Virus record (IMG/VR): IMGVR_UViG_3300033146_001150
Location: 4,595 to 68,594 of that record
DNA: 64,000 nt
Direction: 5' to 3' (one strand)
Origin: a virus
The position numbers and the translations under genes were made by a program. Positions 38,247 through 48,405 of the stretch are shown one piece after another (position 1 is the stretch's first letter; each line of letters starts with the position of its first letter). The notes beneath the pieces are model-generated. The model ran no database searches. It was not told the DNA's origin and worked only from the letters and a program-made list of their open reading frames with translations.

Positions 38247-39629
38247 ATGAAGTATTCAGATTATTTTTATGAAGCTGATAGCGATAATAGCAAGAAAGCT
38301 CTAGGATTTATTCCCCACCCATCTACCGTAGGTAAAACATCAACAGGTCCTAATATGTGGCAAAAGGATGATTTCCTAATCAATAGATGGGTTAAAAAGG
38401 GTCTATTTAGTTTAGCACATATGCTTGATGGTAAACCAAAACCACCAAAAATCAAAAAGGTTAAAGTTAAGGTTAGTGATTTTGATTTCTACCCAATAAC
38501 TAGAGTTGGATTTGATCGTATGGGGTCTTTATTATCTAAAGATTTATTAAACCCTACAAAAGAAAAACTTCATGTAGTTAAAATGAATACCGTTGATTTT
38601 GATAAACCATCAGCAGTTTCTGCTCGTACTAATGATCCTGAGATATTATCTGCTGATATGTATACTTTAAATAATAAAGGTCGCATTATAGTAATATCCA
38701 ATCTATATAAAGATGATAAGGGAAAACATAAATTAGAATATATGATTGGTGTTGATAAAAAAGGGAGAGATTATTTCCTTTCTATATTAGGTAAATCATT
38801 TAAGTCTTGGCTTGCTTCTAATTTTCAAGACCCTAGTAAAAATCCAACAATGAGTGATGATGATGAAAGATCACCACAAGAACAAGCTATTGATAATGCT
38901 ACTGGTGGTGATTATGAAGATTATATTGACGATGAACCGGAAGAGGAAGAATCTACCGAAGAGGAACCCGAAGAGGAAAAGGTTCCAGAAGAGGAACCCG
39001 AAGAGGAAAAGGTTCCAGAAGAGGAACCCGAAGAACCAAAGAAATCTAAACCTAAAAAAGAATTACCTGTAAAGAATAGTTTTGGTGGTTTTGGTTATAT
39101 TATATCTGATTCTCATGATCTGTATAATAACGTGGTGTCTAATGTGGTTGATAAAGAGTCGAAATATGATCGTATAGTGTTGGTTAAACCGGAAACTCGT
39201 AAAAATATGACTGGTTTTAAAATTATATTTGCACCTAAAGATGAAAACGCTGATAATGCAAAATATAATAGAACTATGTATATATTCAAGAGTAAAACTA
39301 AAAAAAATAAAGATGATTATTCAGCTCTTGTATTTAGAGGTAAAGATAGTTTTAAAGATGCCATGTCTTTATTCTTTAAAAAGATGTTGTCTGGTCCTAA
39401 ATCTATAGAACAATTAGCTCATAAGATTAAATGGCATCAACAGTCTCCTATCAATATAGATGATCCCGCCGTGTATGCTAGTTGGGATTCTACAGAAGTC
39501 CCTTCTAAAGATGTGGCATTTTCTAAGAAGATATTAGATGCTGCTAAAAATGAAAATATTGAATATGTATATTCTTCATTTAGTGATGATCTGAGGATGA
39601 ATGAACTTTATAATATAATTATAAAGTAA
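38247..39629 (+). CDS. late hypothetical protein with acidic repeat linker
   Basis: GGAGG RBS; 27-nt EEEPEEEKVP repeats near 38958-39035. Confidence 0.7.
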   Translation: MKYSDYFYEADSDNSKKALGFIPHPSTVGKTSTGPNMWQKDDFLINRWVKKGLFSLAHMLDGKPKPPKIKKVKVKVSDFDFYPITRVGFDRMGSLLSKDLLNPTKEKLHVVKMNTVDFDKPSAVSARTNDPEILSADMYTLNNKGRIIVISNLYKDDKGKHKLEYMIGVDKKGRDYFLSILGKSFKSWLASNFQDPSKNPTMSDDDERSPQEQAIDNATGGDYEDYIDDEPEEEESTEEEPEEEKVPEEEPEEEKVPEEEPEEPKKSKPKKELPVKNSFGGFGYIISDSHDLYNNVVSNVVDKESKYDRIVLVKPETRKNMTGFKIIFAPKDENADNAKYNRTMYIFKSKTKKNKDDYSALVFRGKDSFKDAMSLFFKKMLSGPKSIEQLAHKIKWHQQSPINIDDPAVYASWDSTEVPSKDVAFSKKILDAAKNENIEYVYSSFSDDLRMNELYNIIIK

Positions 39630-39672
39630 ATATATATAAATAATTAAATAGATATAACAAAATGGAGATACT

Positions 39673-41283
39673 ATGAATTTTAGAGATTATTACGAAGTAT
39701 CATCAATAACAGAACAATATTTTAATAACGACGAAGAGTTATTAGATGAAAATGTATTTGGTGACATAGCAAAAGGTGCTATGAAGATAATAGGGGCTGA
39801 TTTAAAAAATATAGCTAAACGTAATAGACGAAAAGTTATTAAAATAAATAATATTAATAAATATTTTAAACAAGCTACTGAAATATCACAAAAAGGATAT
39901 TCGAGTTTAGACGCAGCTCTTCGTGCTAGTGAAGCTATGTGGGACAGTAAATCTAAAAATAAAAGTTGGGTTGATAAATATGTAATGAAGCGGGGTATGG
40001 TTTTTGTTAAAAACTCAAAAGAGGCATTTATACCAACTAAAGGTGATGTTGATGCTCAAAAAGAGAAGTTAGATAGAATGTTCAGTGCCTATGATTTAAG
40101 TGATGATTTTAAGATTAATGATATTACTATATACGAATTAACTAACGGGGGGCAAATATCATTAATGAGTATAACTGATCCTTATACTGGTAATGATGAT
40201 TTAGTAATGAATAACCCAAATAAACCAACAAGAGCATTAAAAGCACCTCAAGGGGAACAAATATTTTTTATAGCTCAACGTAATGCTAATGATTGGTTTC
40301 AAGATAACTTAGGAATGTCATATAAACGTTGGTTAAGTGTTGAGGGTGCATTATCTCCTGCTGCATACGCAAAATATGTGCAGAAAATGCAACATACTAT
40401 TAATTCTAGTGGTGATGTATCAGCTAAACCTGGCGAAAAAATAAAAAATTATGTTAGAACAGCTAAAGGTAATATTATAGACACTGTTATGGATTCAATA
40501 AACTCTACTTATGGTAGTGGTGTTACTGAACAGGGAGGAACTCCTGATGGGCAGACTGTATATGATATAAATTCAGGTGATTTATCAGGTAATATAGCAT
40601 TTATATCTACACCAGATGGTGATGGTAAAATTATAGTATCTCCTAATTTATTACAAGATATGGCTAAAAAGGGAGTAGATTCTCTTAAAAAATATAAAGC
40701 TGTTTATGGTGCTCCAGCTAAACCTAAACCTGCTCCAGCTAAACCTAAACCTGCTCCAGCCCCTGCTAAGAAGACTGAACCGGTTAAGAAGACTAAACCG
40801 GTTTTTGAACCGGTTAAGCCGGTTAAGAAGACTGAACCGGTTAAGAAGACTGAACCGGTTTTTGAACCGGTTAAGCCGGTTAAGAAGGCTCCAGCTAAGA
40901 AGACTGAACCAGCTAAAAAAGCTCCAGCTAAGAAGACTCCAGCTAAGAAGGCTCCAGCTAAGAAGACTGAACCAGCTAAGAAGACTGAACCAGCTAAAAA
41001 AGCTCCAGCTAAGAAGGCTCCAGCTAAGAAGACTGAACCAGCTAAGAAGACTAAACCAGCTAAAAAAGCTCCAGCTAAGAAGACTCCAGCTAAGAAGACT
41101 CCAGCTAAGAAGACTCCAGCTAAGAAGACTCCAGCTAAGAAGACTCCAGCTAAGAAGACTGAACCAGCTAAAAAAGCTCCAGCTAAGAAGGCTCCAGCTA
41201 AGAAGGCTCCGGCTAAGAAGGCTCCAGCTAAGAAGACTACAAAAAAAGAATCAACTAATACTACCGGAAAACTTTTAATATAA
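39673..41283 (+). CDS. late protein with histone H1-like PAKK-repeat tail
   Basis: TATAAATA upstream; dozens of PAKK/PVKK units. Confidence 0.75.
   Translation: MNFRDYYEVSSITEQYFNNDEELLDENVFGDIAKGAMKIIGADLKNIAKRNRRKVIKINNINKYFKQATEISQKGYSSLDAALRASEAMWDSKSKNKSWVDKYVMKRGMVFVKNSKEAFIPTKGDVDAQKEKLDRMFSAYDLSDDFKINDITIYELTNGGQISLMSITDPYTGNDDLVMNNPNKPTRALKAPQGEQIFFIAQRNANDWFQDNLGMSYKRWLSVEGALSPAAYAKYVQKMQHTINSSGDVSAKPGEKIKNYVRTAKGNIIDTVMDSINSTYGSGVTEQGGTPDGQTVYDINSGDLSGNIAFISTPDGDGKIIVSPNLLQDMAKKGVDSLKKYKAVYGAPAKPKPAPAKPKPAPAPAKKTEPVKKTKPVFEPVKPVKKTEPVKKTEPVFEPVKPVKKAPAKKTEPAKKAPAKKTPAKKAPAKKTEPAKKTEPAKKAPAKKAPAKKTEPAKKTKPAKKAPAKKTPAKKTPAKKTPAKKTPAKKTPAKKTEPAKKAPAKKAPAKKAPAKKAPAKKTTKKESTNTTGKLLI
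40711..41240 (+). repeat. coding tandem repeat (15/18-nt CCAGCTAAGAAG units)
   Basis: Directly visible in sequence. Confidence 0.9.
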
Positions 41284-41288
41284 CGAGG

Positions 41289-41558
41289 ATGTATATGGAT
41301 TTTAAAAAATTAGATAATTTAATGGAAGAATTTGTTTTATGTGAAGATGAAGAAAATAGCGTAATCAAAATATTCTTTTCTGATTTAGACCTAGACGCTC
41401 GTAAAAGAGTATTAGAAGCTATCGATGGGACTAGTGATATGTTTGATGTGTTTAGCGATGATATAGTTAGAAATAAACTAGAAGATGAACTATCAACCAA
41501 ACCGTTATTAATGACAACTGCACTTGAGCTAATGAGTAAGTTAAATATCGAAGTGTGA
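41289..41558 (+). CDS. hypothetical protein
   Basis: ORF with RBS. Confidence 0.6.
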   Translation: MYMDFKKLDNLMEEFVLCEDEENSVIKIFFSDLDLDARKRVLEAIDGTSDMFDVFSDDIVRNKLEDELSTKPLLMTTALELMSKLNIEV

Positions 41559-41580
41559 TTTATATCATATATGAACAAAT

Positions 41581-41612
41581 AAAAAAGAATGTAGGAAACT
41601 ACATTCTTTTTT
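41581..41612. terminator. rho-independent terminator
   Basis: AAAAAAGAATGTAG-GAAA-CTACATTCTTTTTT. Confidence 0.75.
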
Positions 41613-41613
41613 A

Positions 41614-41642
41614 TTGACTAAATTGGAAAATTGATATATACT
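41614..41642 (+). promoter_or_regulatory. sigma70-like promoter
   Basis: TTGACT-N17-TATACT. Confidence 0.65.
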
Positions 41643-41673
41643 ATTAATACATAATAACATTATAGGAGATTTT

Positions 41674-41937
41674 ATGAACGTATGGCACATTACAACCATT
41701 ATATTATTAATTCTGCAAATTATTCTCATTATTAGTTTATATACAGCAGTATCGTATTTTAAAGAACTTTTGGTTCGCTTTGTCGATATCAACCAAAAGA
41801 ACTTTAGTACTCATAAACAATTAATGACTAAACTAAGTGATAATTTAGAACACTCAAAGAAAATATCATCTACGGTTAGTTCTTTGAAGAGATTATCTAA
41901 CACATTAACCAAACAAATATCAAAAACTAATAAATAA
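41674..41937 (+). CDS. single-TM membrane protein
   Basis: Hydrophobic N-terminus followed by coiled coil. Confidence 0.6.
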   Translation: MNVWHITTIILLILQIILIISLYTAVSYFKELLVRFVDINQKNFSTHKQLMTKLSDNLEHSKKISSTVSSLKRLSNTLTKQISKTNK

Positions 41938-41947
41938 GGAGTATCAT

Positions 41948-42208
41948 ATGCCATTTTTTAATTATAAGTGTTCAGAATGTGAGTTTATGGATGAATTTAT
42001 GGTTGGTGGGTGTAAAGGGTCACCTGAACCTACAACATGCCCAGAATGCTCCGCTACAGACACTATGGAGAAGCAATTTAGTATGGGTGGGATATCAGGT
42101 GAAGTTGTTGGTGGGTATGAATATGAGTATGGTAAAAAATCATGGCATAAAAATGCTTCAAGTATTCATAAAGCTGCTATTCTTGCTGGAGATTGTGATC
42201 CATATTAA
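41948..42208 (+). CDS. FmdB-like zinc-ribbon protein
   Basis: MPFFNYKCSEC...CPEC. Confidence 0.75.
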   Translation: MPFFNYKCSECEFMDEFMVGGCKGSPEPTTCPECSATDTMEKQFSMGGISGEVVGGYEYEYGKKSWHKNASSIHKAAILAGDCDPY

Positions 42209-42351
42209 ACGAGCACCCACAATCAAGGAGGTGCTCGTAAGTAAGACGTGGGAATATACTTTAGATATTTCAATAACGTTGCACCTCCAGGAACAGTTAT
42301 GGACCGTCTTACATGATTATTTATATATTTTATTTTTTAAAAGGAGTCCTA

Positions 42352-42738
42352 ATGGACAGAATTGAATTTATTGAAGAGCTACAAGCTAAAATCGAAGCAC
42401 AAACTAAAGTTCGGGATGAACTACTATCATCTAAAACAACAGCCTATAATAATAGTATATATCGTTTGAAGGATGAACTAGCATCAATTGAACTCGAAAG
42501 TGAACCACAATCACTTACGATCAACACCGCATACACAACGTCATCTTTTGGGTTGTATACAACACAAACTAAACAACTAGAATCAAATTCTACTCGTACA
42601 ATTATTGAACTAGGACATGAATTGGTTGAACTTGAAAAAGAATGTGATAATTTAGAGAATGATATTGCTAAATATAATAATAAATCTATCGTAGATCATA
42701 TCCCAGATCTAAAGGACTTGGTAAATGGAAAAAAGTGA
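42352..42738 (+). CDS. coiled-coil hypothetical protein
   Basis: AAGGAG RBS before ATG 42352. Confidence 0.6.
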   Translation: MDRIEFIEELQAKIEAQTKVRDELLSSKTTAYNNSIYRLKDELASIELESEPQSLTINTAYTTSSFGLYTTQTKQLESNSTRTIIELGHELVELEKECDNLENDIAKYNNKSIVDHIPDLKDLVNGKK

Positions 42739-42889
42739 TTTTGATGAAGCTGTTATGTTGGATACAAAAGAACCTATGATTATTGATAATGAATGGTCAT
42801 TAAAATGTGATGAATGTGGTAATACTATTATCCATAAAGATACATGTAGTAAAAAAGAAAAAGAAGAAGGTGTTGTTGATGAATACTAA
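42725..42889 (+). CDS. small hypothetical protein (54 aa, CDEC)
   Basis: Overlapping start/stop coupling with both neighbours. Confidence 0.4.
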   Translation: MEKSDFDEAVMLDTKEPMIIDNEWSLKCDECGNTIIHKDTCSKKEKEEGVVDEY

Positions 42890-43343
42890 TTTGTTTGTAT
42901 ATTTTAAAAAATTACACGAAGATGCTATTTTACCAGAATATGCTACTCCTGGTTCTGCTGGTATGGATTGTGTTACTGTTACTGATGGTGTAGATAAAGG
43001 TGAGTATATCCAATATAAATTAGGATTTTCTGTTAAAATTCCTGAAGGTTATGTTGGGTATTTATTTCCTAGAAGTTCTATTAGCACAACTGATCTATCG
43101 TTGAGTAATTCGGTTGGGGTTATTGATAGTGATTATAGAGGAGAAGTTCAGGCAAGATTTTTTGCTAAAAATTTTAGCCCGTTATCTAAAACTCTAGATG
43201 CCAGGACGAAATACAAGTATCATAAAGGTGATAGAGTGTGTCAATTGATTATCATGCCTATACCTAGAGTTGCATCTCAATGGGTTGATGAATTAGATGA
43301 TACCGTAAGAGGTGATGGTGGTCATGGGAGTACCGGGCGATGA
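42879..43343 (+). CDS. dut: trimeric dUTPase
   Basis: SAGMD, PRSS, GVIDSDYRGE, RGDGGHGSTG. Confidence 0.93.
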   Translation: MNTNLFVYFKKLHEDAILPEYATPGSAGMDCVTVTDGVDKGEYIQYKLGFSVKIPEGYVGYLFPRSSISTTDLSLSNSVGVIDSDYRGEVQARFFAKNFSPLSKTLDARTKYKYHKGDRVCQLIIMPIPRVASQWVDELDDTVRGDGGHGSTGR

Positions 43344-43498
43344 TAGAAATTCTAGTTGTAATTTTATTAATTATACTATTAATAAAATTTATAAACACAT
43401 TTTTTATACTTATAGGGATTGGGTTATTATTTTATGGGTTAATTATACCAGGACTCATATGTTTAATATTGGGATTCATACTCCCTAAGAAATTATAA
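43340..43498 (+). CDS. small hydrophobic membrane protein (52 aa)
   Basis: ATGA overlap with dut; MIEILVVILLII... Confidence 0.45.
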   Translation: MIEILVVILLIILLIKFINTFFILIGIGLLFYGLIIPGLICLILGFILPKKL

Positions 43499-43585
43499 AA
43501 CTTATATAAATAACCATACCCCTTCAAAGAGGCTGATTCTTGTCAGCCTCATTTATTTAAACATTTACCGATAGGAATTTAATCT

Positions 43586-45610
43586 ATGAATAGTAAACAA
43601 TTTATATCTGATATTATCGTATATTCGAAGTATGCTAAATATGATCAGGATTTAAAAAGACGAGAAAACTGGTCAGAAATCATTATGAGAAATGCGGATA
43701 TGCACGCTAGACGATATCCTGAACTTGCAGATGAAATCTACTATGTATATGCTAAATACGTAATCCCTAAAAAAGTATTTCCGTCTATGCGTAGTCTTCA
43801 ATTTGCTGGAAAAGCGATTGAAGTAACTCCAAACAGAATCTTCAATTGTGCATTTTCAGCGGCAGACCACCCAGCAATCTTTTCAGAAACTATGTTTAAT
43901 TTATTAGGTGGTTGCGGTGTAGGGTACTCTGTACAAAAACATCATGTTGAACAGCTCCCTGAAGTTAAAAAACAAAAAAATAAAAGAATTAAACGATATT
44001 TAATTCCAGATTCTATTGAAGGATGGTCTGAGGCTATTAAAGTGCTCATGAAATCGTATTTCAAAGGATCATCTAAGGTTATGTTTGATTATTCTGATAT
44101 TAGACCTAAAGGTACTGAATTGGTAACTGCTGGTGGTAAAGCACCTGGACCCGCACCTCTTAAAGAATGTATTGATATTATCACTGAAAAATTAGATAGA
44201 TTGATTGAAGATGGTGACGGATCTCATAAATTATTACCAATTGAAGTGCATGATATCCTATGTGTTATATCTGATGCCGTTCTTGCTGGTGGTATTCGTA
44301 GATCTGCATTAATATCTTTATTTTCGCTCGATGATGAGTTAATGTTAACGGCTAAAGGTAATTTTAAATTTAAATCTACTGTAGCTCCGAAAATTAATGG
44401 TGATAATGTTATTCTTGAAGGGTCATATAAAGGAGTTCGTAAAGAGGTATATATCACAAAAAACCAATACGATAACTATAAGGAAACAGGAACATTGCCT
44501 TGGTACTTCTTTGAAGAACAACGTGGTCGTGCAAATAATTCTGTGGTATTAGAATATGATAAAGTCACACGGGAAGATTTTGATAGAATTTGGAAAATTG
44601 TAGAGAATTCAGGGGCGGGTGAGCCTGGTGTGTATTGGACTCATGATAGAGATCTTGGGACAAATCCATGTGCTGAAATTTCAATAAAATCTAAAGGATA
44701 TTGTAATCTTACAGAAGTTATAGCTGATGGCATTGACACTCAAGAAGAATATAACAATAGAGCACGAGCAGCATCGTTTTTGGGTACTTTACAGGCAGGT
44801 TATACCAACTTCCATTATCTAAGACCTGAGTGGCAAGATAACGCCGAGGATGAAGCCTTATTAGGCGTTTCTATGACAGGTATCGCTTCTGGTGATGTGT
44901 TAAAACTTGATATGGTTGAAGCAGGAAAAGCTGCCGCAGATGAAAATGAACGTGTGGCTAAATTAATTGGTACTAATAAAGCTAAACGAGTAACTACTGT
45001 TAAGCCTAGTGGAACAGCATCTCTTGTTGCTGGAACTAGTTCTGGTATTCATGCTTGGCACGCACCATATTATGTGAGACGTATCCGTATCAATAAAGAT
45101 GAAGCACTGTATTCATATTTAAGTGATAAACTTCCTACTTCATGGTTAGAAGATGATATGTTCAGTCCTGATACAACAGCAGTCCTTGCAGTTCCTGTAA
45201 AAGCCCCTGATGGTGCTATCTTTAGAGATGAATCATCTGTTGATCTTATGGAGCGTGTTAAAAAAGTTCATGATGAATGGATTGCTAATGAATATACACA
45301 TAGAGAAGGTTTAAACACCCACAATGTGTCTGTTACTGTATCAATAGCTGATGATGATTGGGGTAGTGTAGGTGATTGGATGTGGGAAAATCGACATTCA
45401 TATCATGGTATTTCAGTGTTACCGTTGAATACAGGAACATATATGCAAATGCCATTCACTGATTCTACAAAAGAAGAATATGATAGATTAATTGCTGAAG
45501 TAGCAAATCTTAATATTAATCTCGATGATGTTATTGAGGAACACGATAATACGGATTTAAGCGGTGAATTGGCATGTTCTGGTGGATCATGTGAAATTTC
45601 AACAATCTAA
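43586..45610 (+). CDS. nrdJ: class II (B12-dependent) ribonucleotide reductase
   Basis: IFNCAF, GGIRRSA, NPCAEI, KPSGT, C-terminal ACSGGSCE. Confidence 0.92.
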   Translation: MNSKQFISDIIVYSKYAKYDQDLKRRENWSEIIMRNADMHARRYPELADEIYYVYAKYVIPKKVFPSMRSLQFAGKAIEVTPNRIFNCAFSAADHPAIFSETMFNLLGGCGVGYSVQKHHVEQLPEVKKQKNKRIKRYLIPDSIEGWSEAIKVLMKSYFKGSSKVMFDYSDIRPKGTELVTAGGKAPGPAPLKECIDIITEKLDRLIEDGDGSHKLLPIEVHDILCVISDAVLAGGIRRSALISLFSLDDELMLTAKGNFKFKSTVAPKINGDNVILEGSYKGVRKEVYITKNQYDNYKETGTLPWYFFEEQRGRANNSVVLEYDKVTREDFDRIWKIVENSGAGEPGVYWTHDRDLGTNPCAEISIKSKGYCNLTEVIADGIDTQEEYNNRARAASFLGTLQAGYTNFHYLRPEWQDNAEDEALLGVSMTGIASGDVLKLDMVEAGKAAADENERVAKLIGTNKAKRVTTVKPSGTASLVAGTSSGIHAWHAPYYVRRIRINKDEALYSYLSDKLPTSWLEDDMFSPDTTAVLAVPVKAPDGAIFRDESSVDLMERVKKVHDEWIANEYTHREGLNTHNVSVTVSIADDDWGSVGDWMWENRHSYHGISVLPLNTGTYMQMPFTDSTKEEYDRLIAEVANLNINLDDVIEEHDNTDLSGELACSGGSCEISTI

Positions 45611-45725
45611 TGAATGAGCAAGAATGTGGTAAATATTACCACACCACTGGAAAAGTACCACCACTCAATTTATTAAATTGGGTGAGTGTGTATAATATCA
45701 TAGTTGCTGCTGGATTTAGTAAATA

Positions 45726-45758
45726 AAAAACCCCCGATTGTAATAAATCGGGGGTTTT
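45726..45758. terminator. bidirectional terminator between convergent units
   Basis: AAAAACCCCCGATT/AATCGGGGGTTTT. Confidence 0.8.
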
Positions 45759-45771
45759 AATATTTATTAAG

Positions 45772-47667
45772 TTATTCAGCTCTTAAAATTTTTCGCACCG
45801 GACGAGGATCTTTTCGTGGAAGCTCAGTCTCCTCATAGTCTTCATCATATTTAACATCAGCATCAGGGTATCTGTCCTTAACAACGTCATACACTTCTTT
45901 AGTTGATAAAATTAATGGATATGGTAATTCATCTAAATCGAATAAATCTAATAATTGAGTTACGTATTCAGCTGACTCTTCATCTTCTAAGTTATTATAA
46001 TTAGTAGATAATATAGAATTGCTTAATTCTCTTAATGGGATTTCTGTTTCATTTTGTTTATTGTCGTATATAAATTTTAGATCTTCAATATTGCCCATCA
46101 TTAATGCTTCAATTATATCATACTTATTAAACACTCCATCATCATCATCAATATCATTCTCTTTTTTATATGCACTAATCAATAAGTCGCTTACCTCATC
46201 ATTATTATATCTATTAGATCTTTTTACATAATGTTTAGGTATTGATAAGTCATGCTTATCCATATAATCAAAAACAATGTTAACTATCTCAGTATTTTTA
46301 CTATCTATAGCTTCTTGAAGCAAATCAAGGTTTATGTTATATATATCGCTGTAAAAATCAGTAGATAATAACATACTTAATATTTCTGGATTTTTTACTC
46401 TCATTGCTGAGTATATAGGATCATCATCATCTGGCATAATTCCAATATCTAATGCCATTTTCAATAAATCAGGATTATTGGTTTTATTAATTAAATAATC
46501 CAATTCGTGTCCTGATGTTGTTGGGTTATTTTCTAACGCTTTACGTATCCATTCTTCATTACCAGTAACTGTTACTTTATTTAAAGGTATATTCTTCCAA
46601 TTAGCTCCCCAATCTATCACATTCTCTATCATATTAGGATGTCCTCCTATGAAAGCATGAGCCAACGTCAAATCATCCATTTTAACTGTTTTAAATTTAG
46701 ATAAGAATTTTATAATATCTTCTTTATTATATCGAACTGCGTTATTTAATGCTGATGAGTGGGGGACATATCCATCATCAATCATTTCTTTCATACCCTC
46801 AATATCATCATCAATTATATGTGATATAAATTTCTTTTCAACTTTAAACTTATCACGCTCATCATCTAAGTTATCTATTTCTGGTTGTATGTTATTTAAT
46901 ATAGACTCTAACGGTATATCGTATTTTTTTAGATACTCATCATACTCATCGTTCCATCCAAACCCATTATTCCCTTTATAGTTATCTAAATTATCCATTG
47001 CTCGTATTTCATTTATATATACTGTGCCTGGATTATTTTCACTTTCAGTAACACGTATAGCAGTCTTATGGAATTTATCATCTTTATCTAAGTTATTATT
47101 TATGATATATATCATCAACCCTTTACGGTCTAATACATAAACACAGAACATGTGTTGAGCATCATAATCAACTCCTTTTGATGTATTAGCTGCTGTACAC
47201 CATCGAGATCCTTGACCTTGCTTTACTGATGCTGATTTTGTCTGAGGTACTCCAACAATTATAGAACCATCTTCAGATTCCCATAATATATTAACTCGTT
47301 CTGATGATGGTGTATTATCTTCATCATCATTGGATTTTATTGATTTTTGAGTTGTTTGTATGTCAGAAACCCATCTCTCCGGGTCTTTTTTGTATGTATT
47401 TATTGGTTCTAAATTATTATTAGACCGACCTACATTAGAATCATATATATCAACCAATTCTCCTATATTATTAATAGTAGAAAAATAGTCCCAATTTCTA
47501 GCAATCCATCCCATATATTTATACAATGATGGTGATGGTAATGACTGTTTCAATTCAGTGAATGCATCCATATCAAATGAAGTTTTCCCTGACTGGGCTA
47601 ATTGTTTAGCTTCTTTTTGAGATTCATTCATTGACAATGATTCTTGTAAATACGATAATATAGACAT
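45772..47667 (-). CDS. WCT-motif paralog, subfamily A, ankyrin-like C-terminus
   Basis: ESQKEAKQLAQSGK, KYMGWI, GQGSRWCTAA, DDKFHKTAIR. Confidence 0.7.
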   Translation of the reverse strand: MSILSYLQESLSMNESQKEAKQLAQSGKTSFDMDAFTELKQSLPSPSLYKYMGWIARNWDYFSTINNIGELVDIYDSNVGRSNNNLEPINTYKKDPERWVSDIQTTQKSIKSNDDEDNTPSSERVNILWESEDGSIIVGVPQTKSASVKQGQGSRWCTAANTSKGVDYDAQHMFCVYVLDRKGLMIYIINNNLDKDDKFHKTAIRVTESENNPGTVYINEIRAMDNLDNYKGNNGFGWNDEYDEYLKKYDIPLESILNNIQPEIDNLDDERDKFKVEKKFISHIIDDDIEGMKEMIDDGYVPHSSALNNAVRYNKEDIIKFLSKFKTVKMDDLTLAHAFIGGHPNMIENVIDWGANWKNIPLNKVTVTGNEEWIRKALENNPTTSGHELDYLINKTNNPDLLKMALDIGIMPDDDDPIYSAMRVKNPEILSMLLSTDFYSDIYNINLDLLQEAIDSKNTEIVNIVFDYMDKHDLSIPKHYVKRSNRYNNDEVSDLLISAYKKENDIDDDDGVFNKYDIIEALMMGNIEDLKFIYDNKQNETEIPLRELSNSILSTNYNNLEDEESAEYVTQLLDLFDLDELPYPLILSTKEVYDVVKDRYPDADVKYDEDYEETELPRKDPRPVRKILRAE

Positions 47668-47744
47668 ATAAAGGTCTCCTCTTATTTCTATGTATTTATA
47701 TTAACTGCATAATATAAATTTATTATGCAGTTAATATGAAATTA

Positions 47745-48098
47745 TTAAGATGCATATGCACCGTCAACATCCCCCCAAGATAACATCTTAGACATTAACT
47801 CTTGTCTCTGTTTTTTATCTTTTGCTTTTAGCAATTCTCGCTGAATTTTTCTATTATGTTTTTGGATTTTTCGCCGTTGGTTCCAATATTCATGATCATC
47901 ACCTTCTTTTTTCTTACGATGGTTTGATATAACTTTATTGGTTTTATCTACGGCAAAATCTTTAACACCTTTAGCAGCATCTTTAACACTATCAACTGCA
48001 ATATCTTTAATATCATCAACGATGCCTTCATCTACTACATCATTATCAGAATCTTCATATAACTGTATATAATCTAACATATCCATACTATACCTCAT
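47745..48098 (-). CDS. small acidic-then-basic late protein
   Basis: MDMLDYIQLYED...VDEGIVDD; paralog of 48102..48395. Confidence 0.6.
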   Translation of the reverse strand: MRYSMDMLDYIQLYEDSDNDVVDEGIVDDIKDIAVDSVKDAAKGVKDFAVDKTNKVISNHRKKKEGDDHEYWNQRRKIQKHNRKIQRELLKAKDKKQRQELMSKMLSWGDVDGAYAS

Positions 48099-48101
48099 TT
48101 A

Positions 48102-48395
48102 TTATTCTAGTCCGAATCCATAAGCTAAATTCTTTTTTCGTTCTCGGTTAGCTTCAAAGTCACGCATTGCTTGTTTTTTATCAGCCTTTTTTCTTTTAGC
48201 CATTTCTCTATCAGCATCTTTAATATTACGATTGACTTGTCTTTTCCTTTTTATTTCTTTTATTTCTTCTGGAGTTTTCTTTTTGAAAACATCTTTAACA
48301 TCATCAATGATTCCCTCATCAACTTCGTCTTCATCTAACTCTTCAGTATCAAGGTTAGAATCCTCATATAAATTTAAATACTCTAAAAAATCCAT
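48102..48395 (-). CDS. small acidic-then-basic late protein
   Basis: MDFLEYLNLYED...VDEGIIDD. Confidence 0.6.
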   Translation of the reverse strand: MDFLEYLNLYEDSNLDTEELDEDEVDEGIIDDVKDVFKKKTPEEIKEIKRKRQVNRNIKDADREMAKRKKADKKQAMRDFEANRERKKNLAYGFGLE

Positions 48396-48405
48396 ATTAA
48401 TCTCC

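Noticed and set aside
40706-41278. 190-aa [11 protein letters not shown] repeat ORF
   Set aside because: Alternative frame of the PAKK repeat; open only because the repeat lacks stops in that frame.
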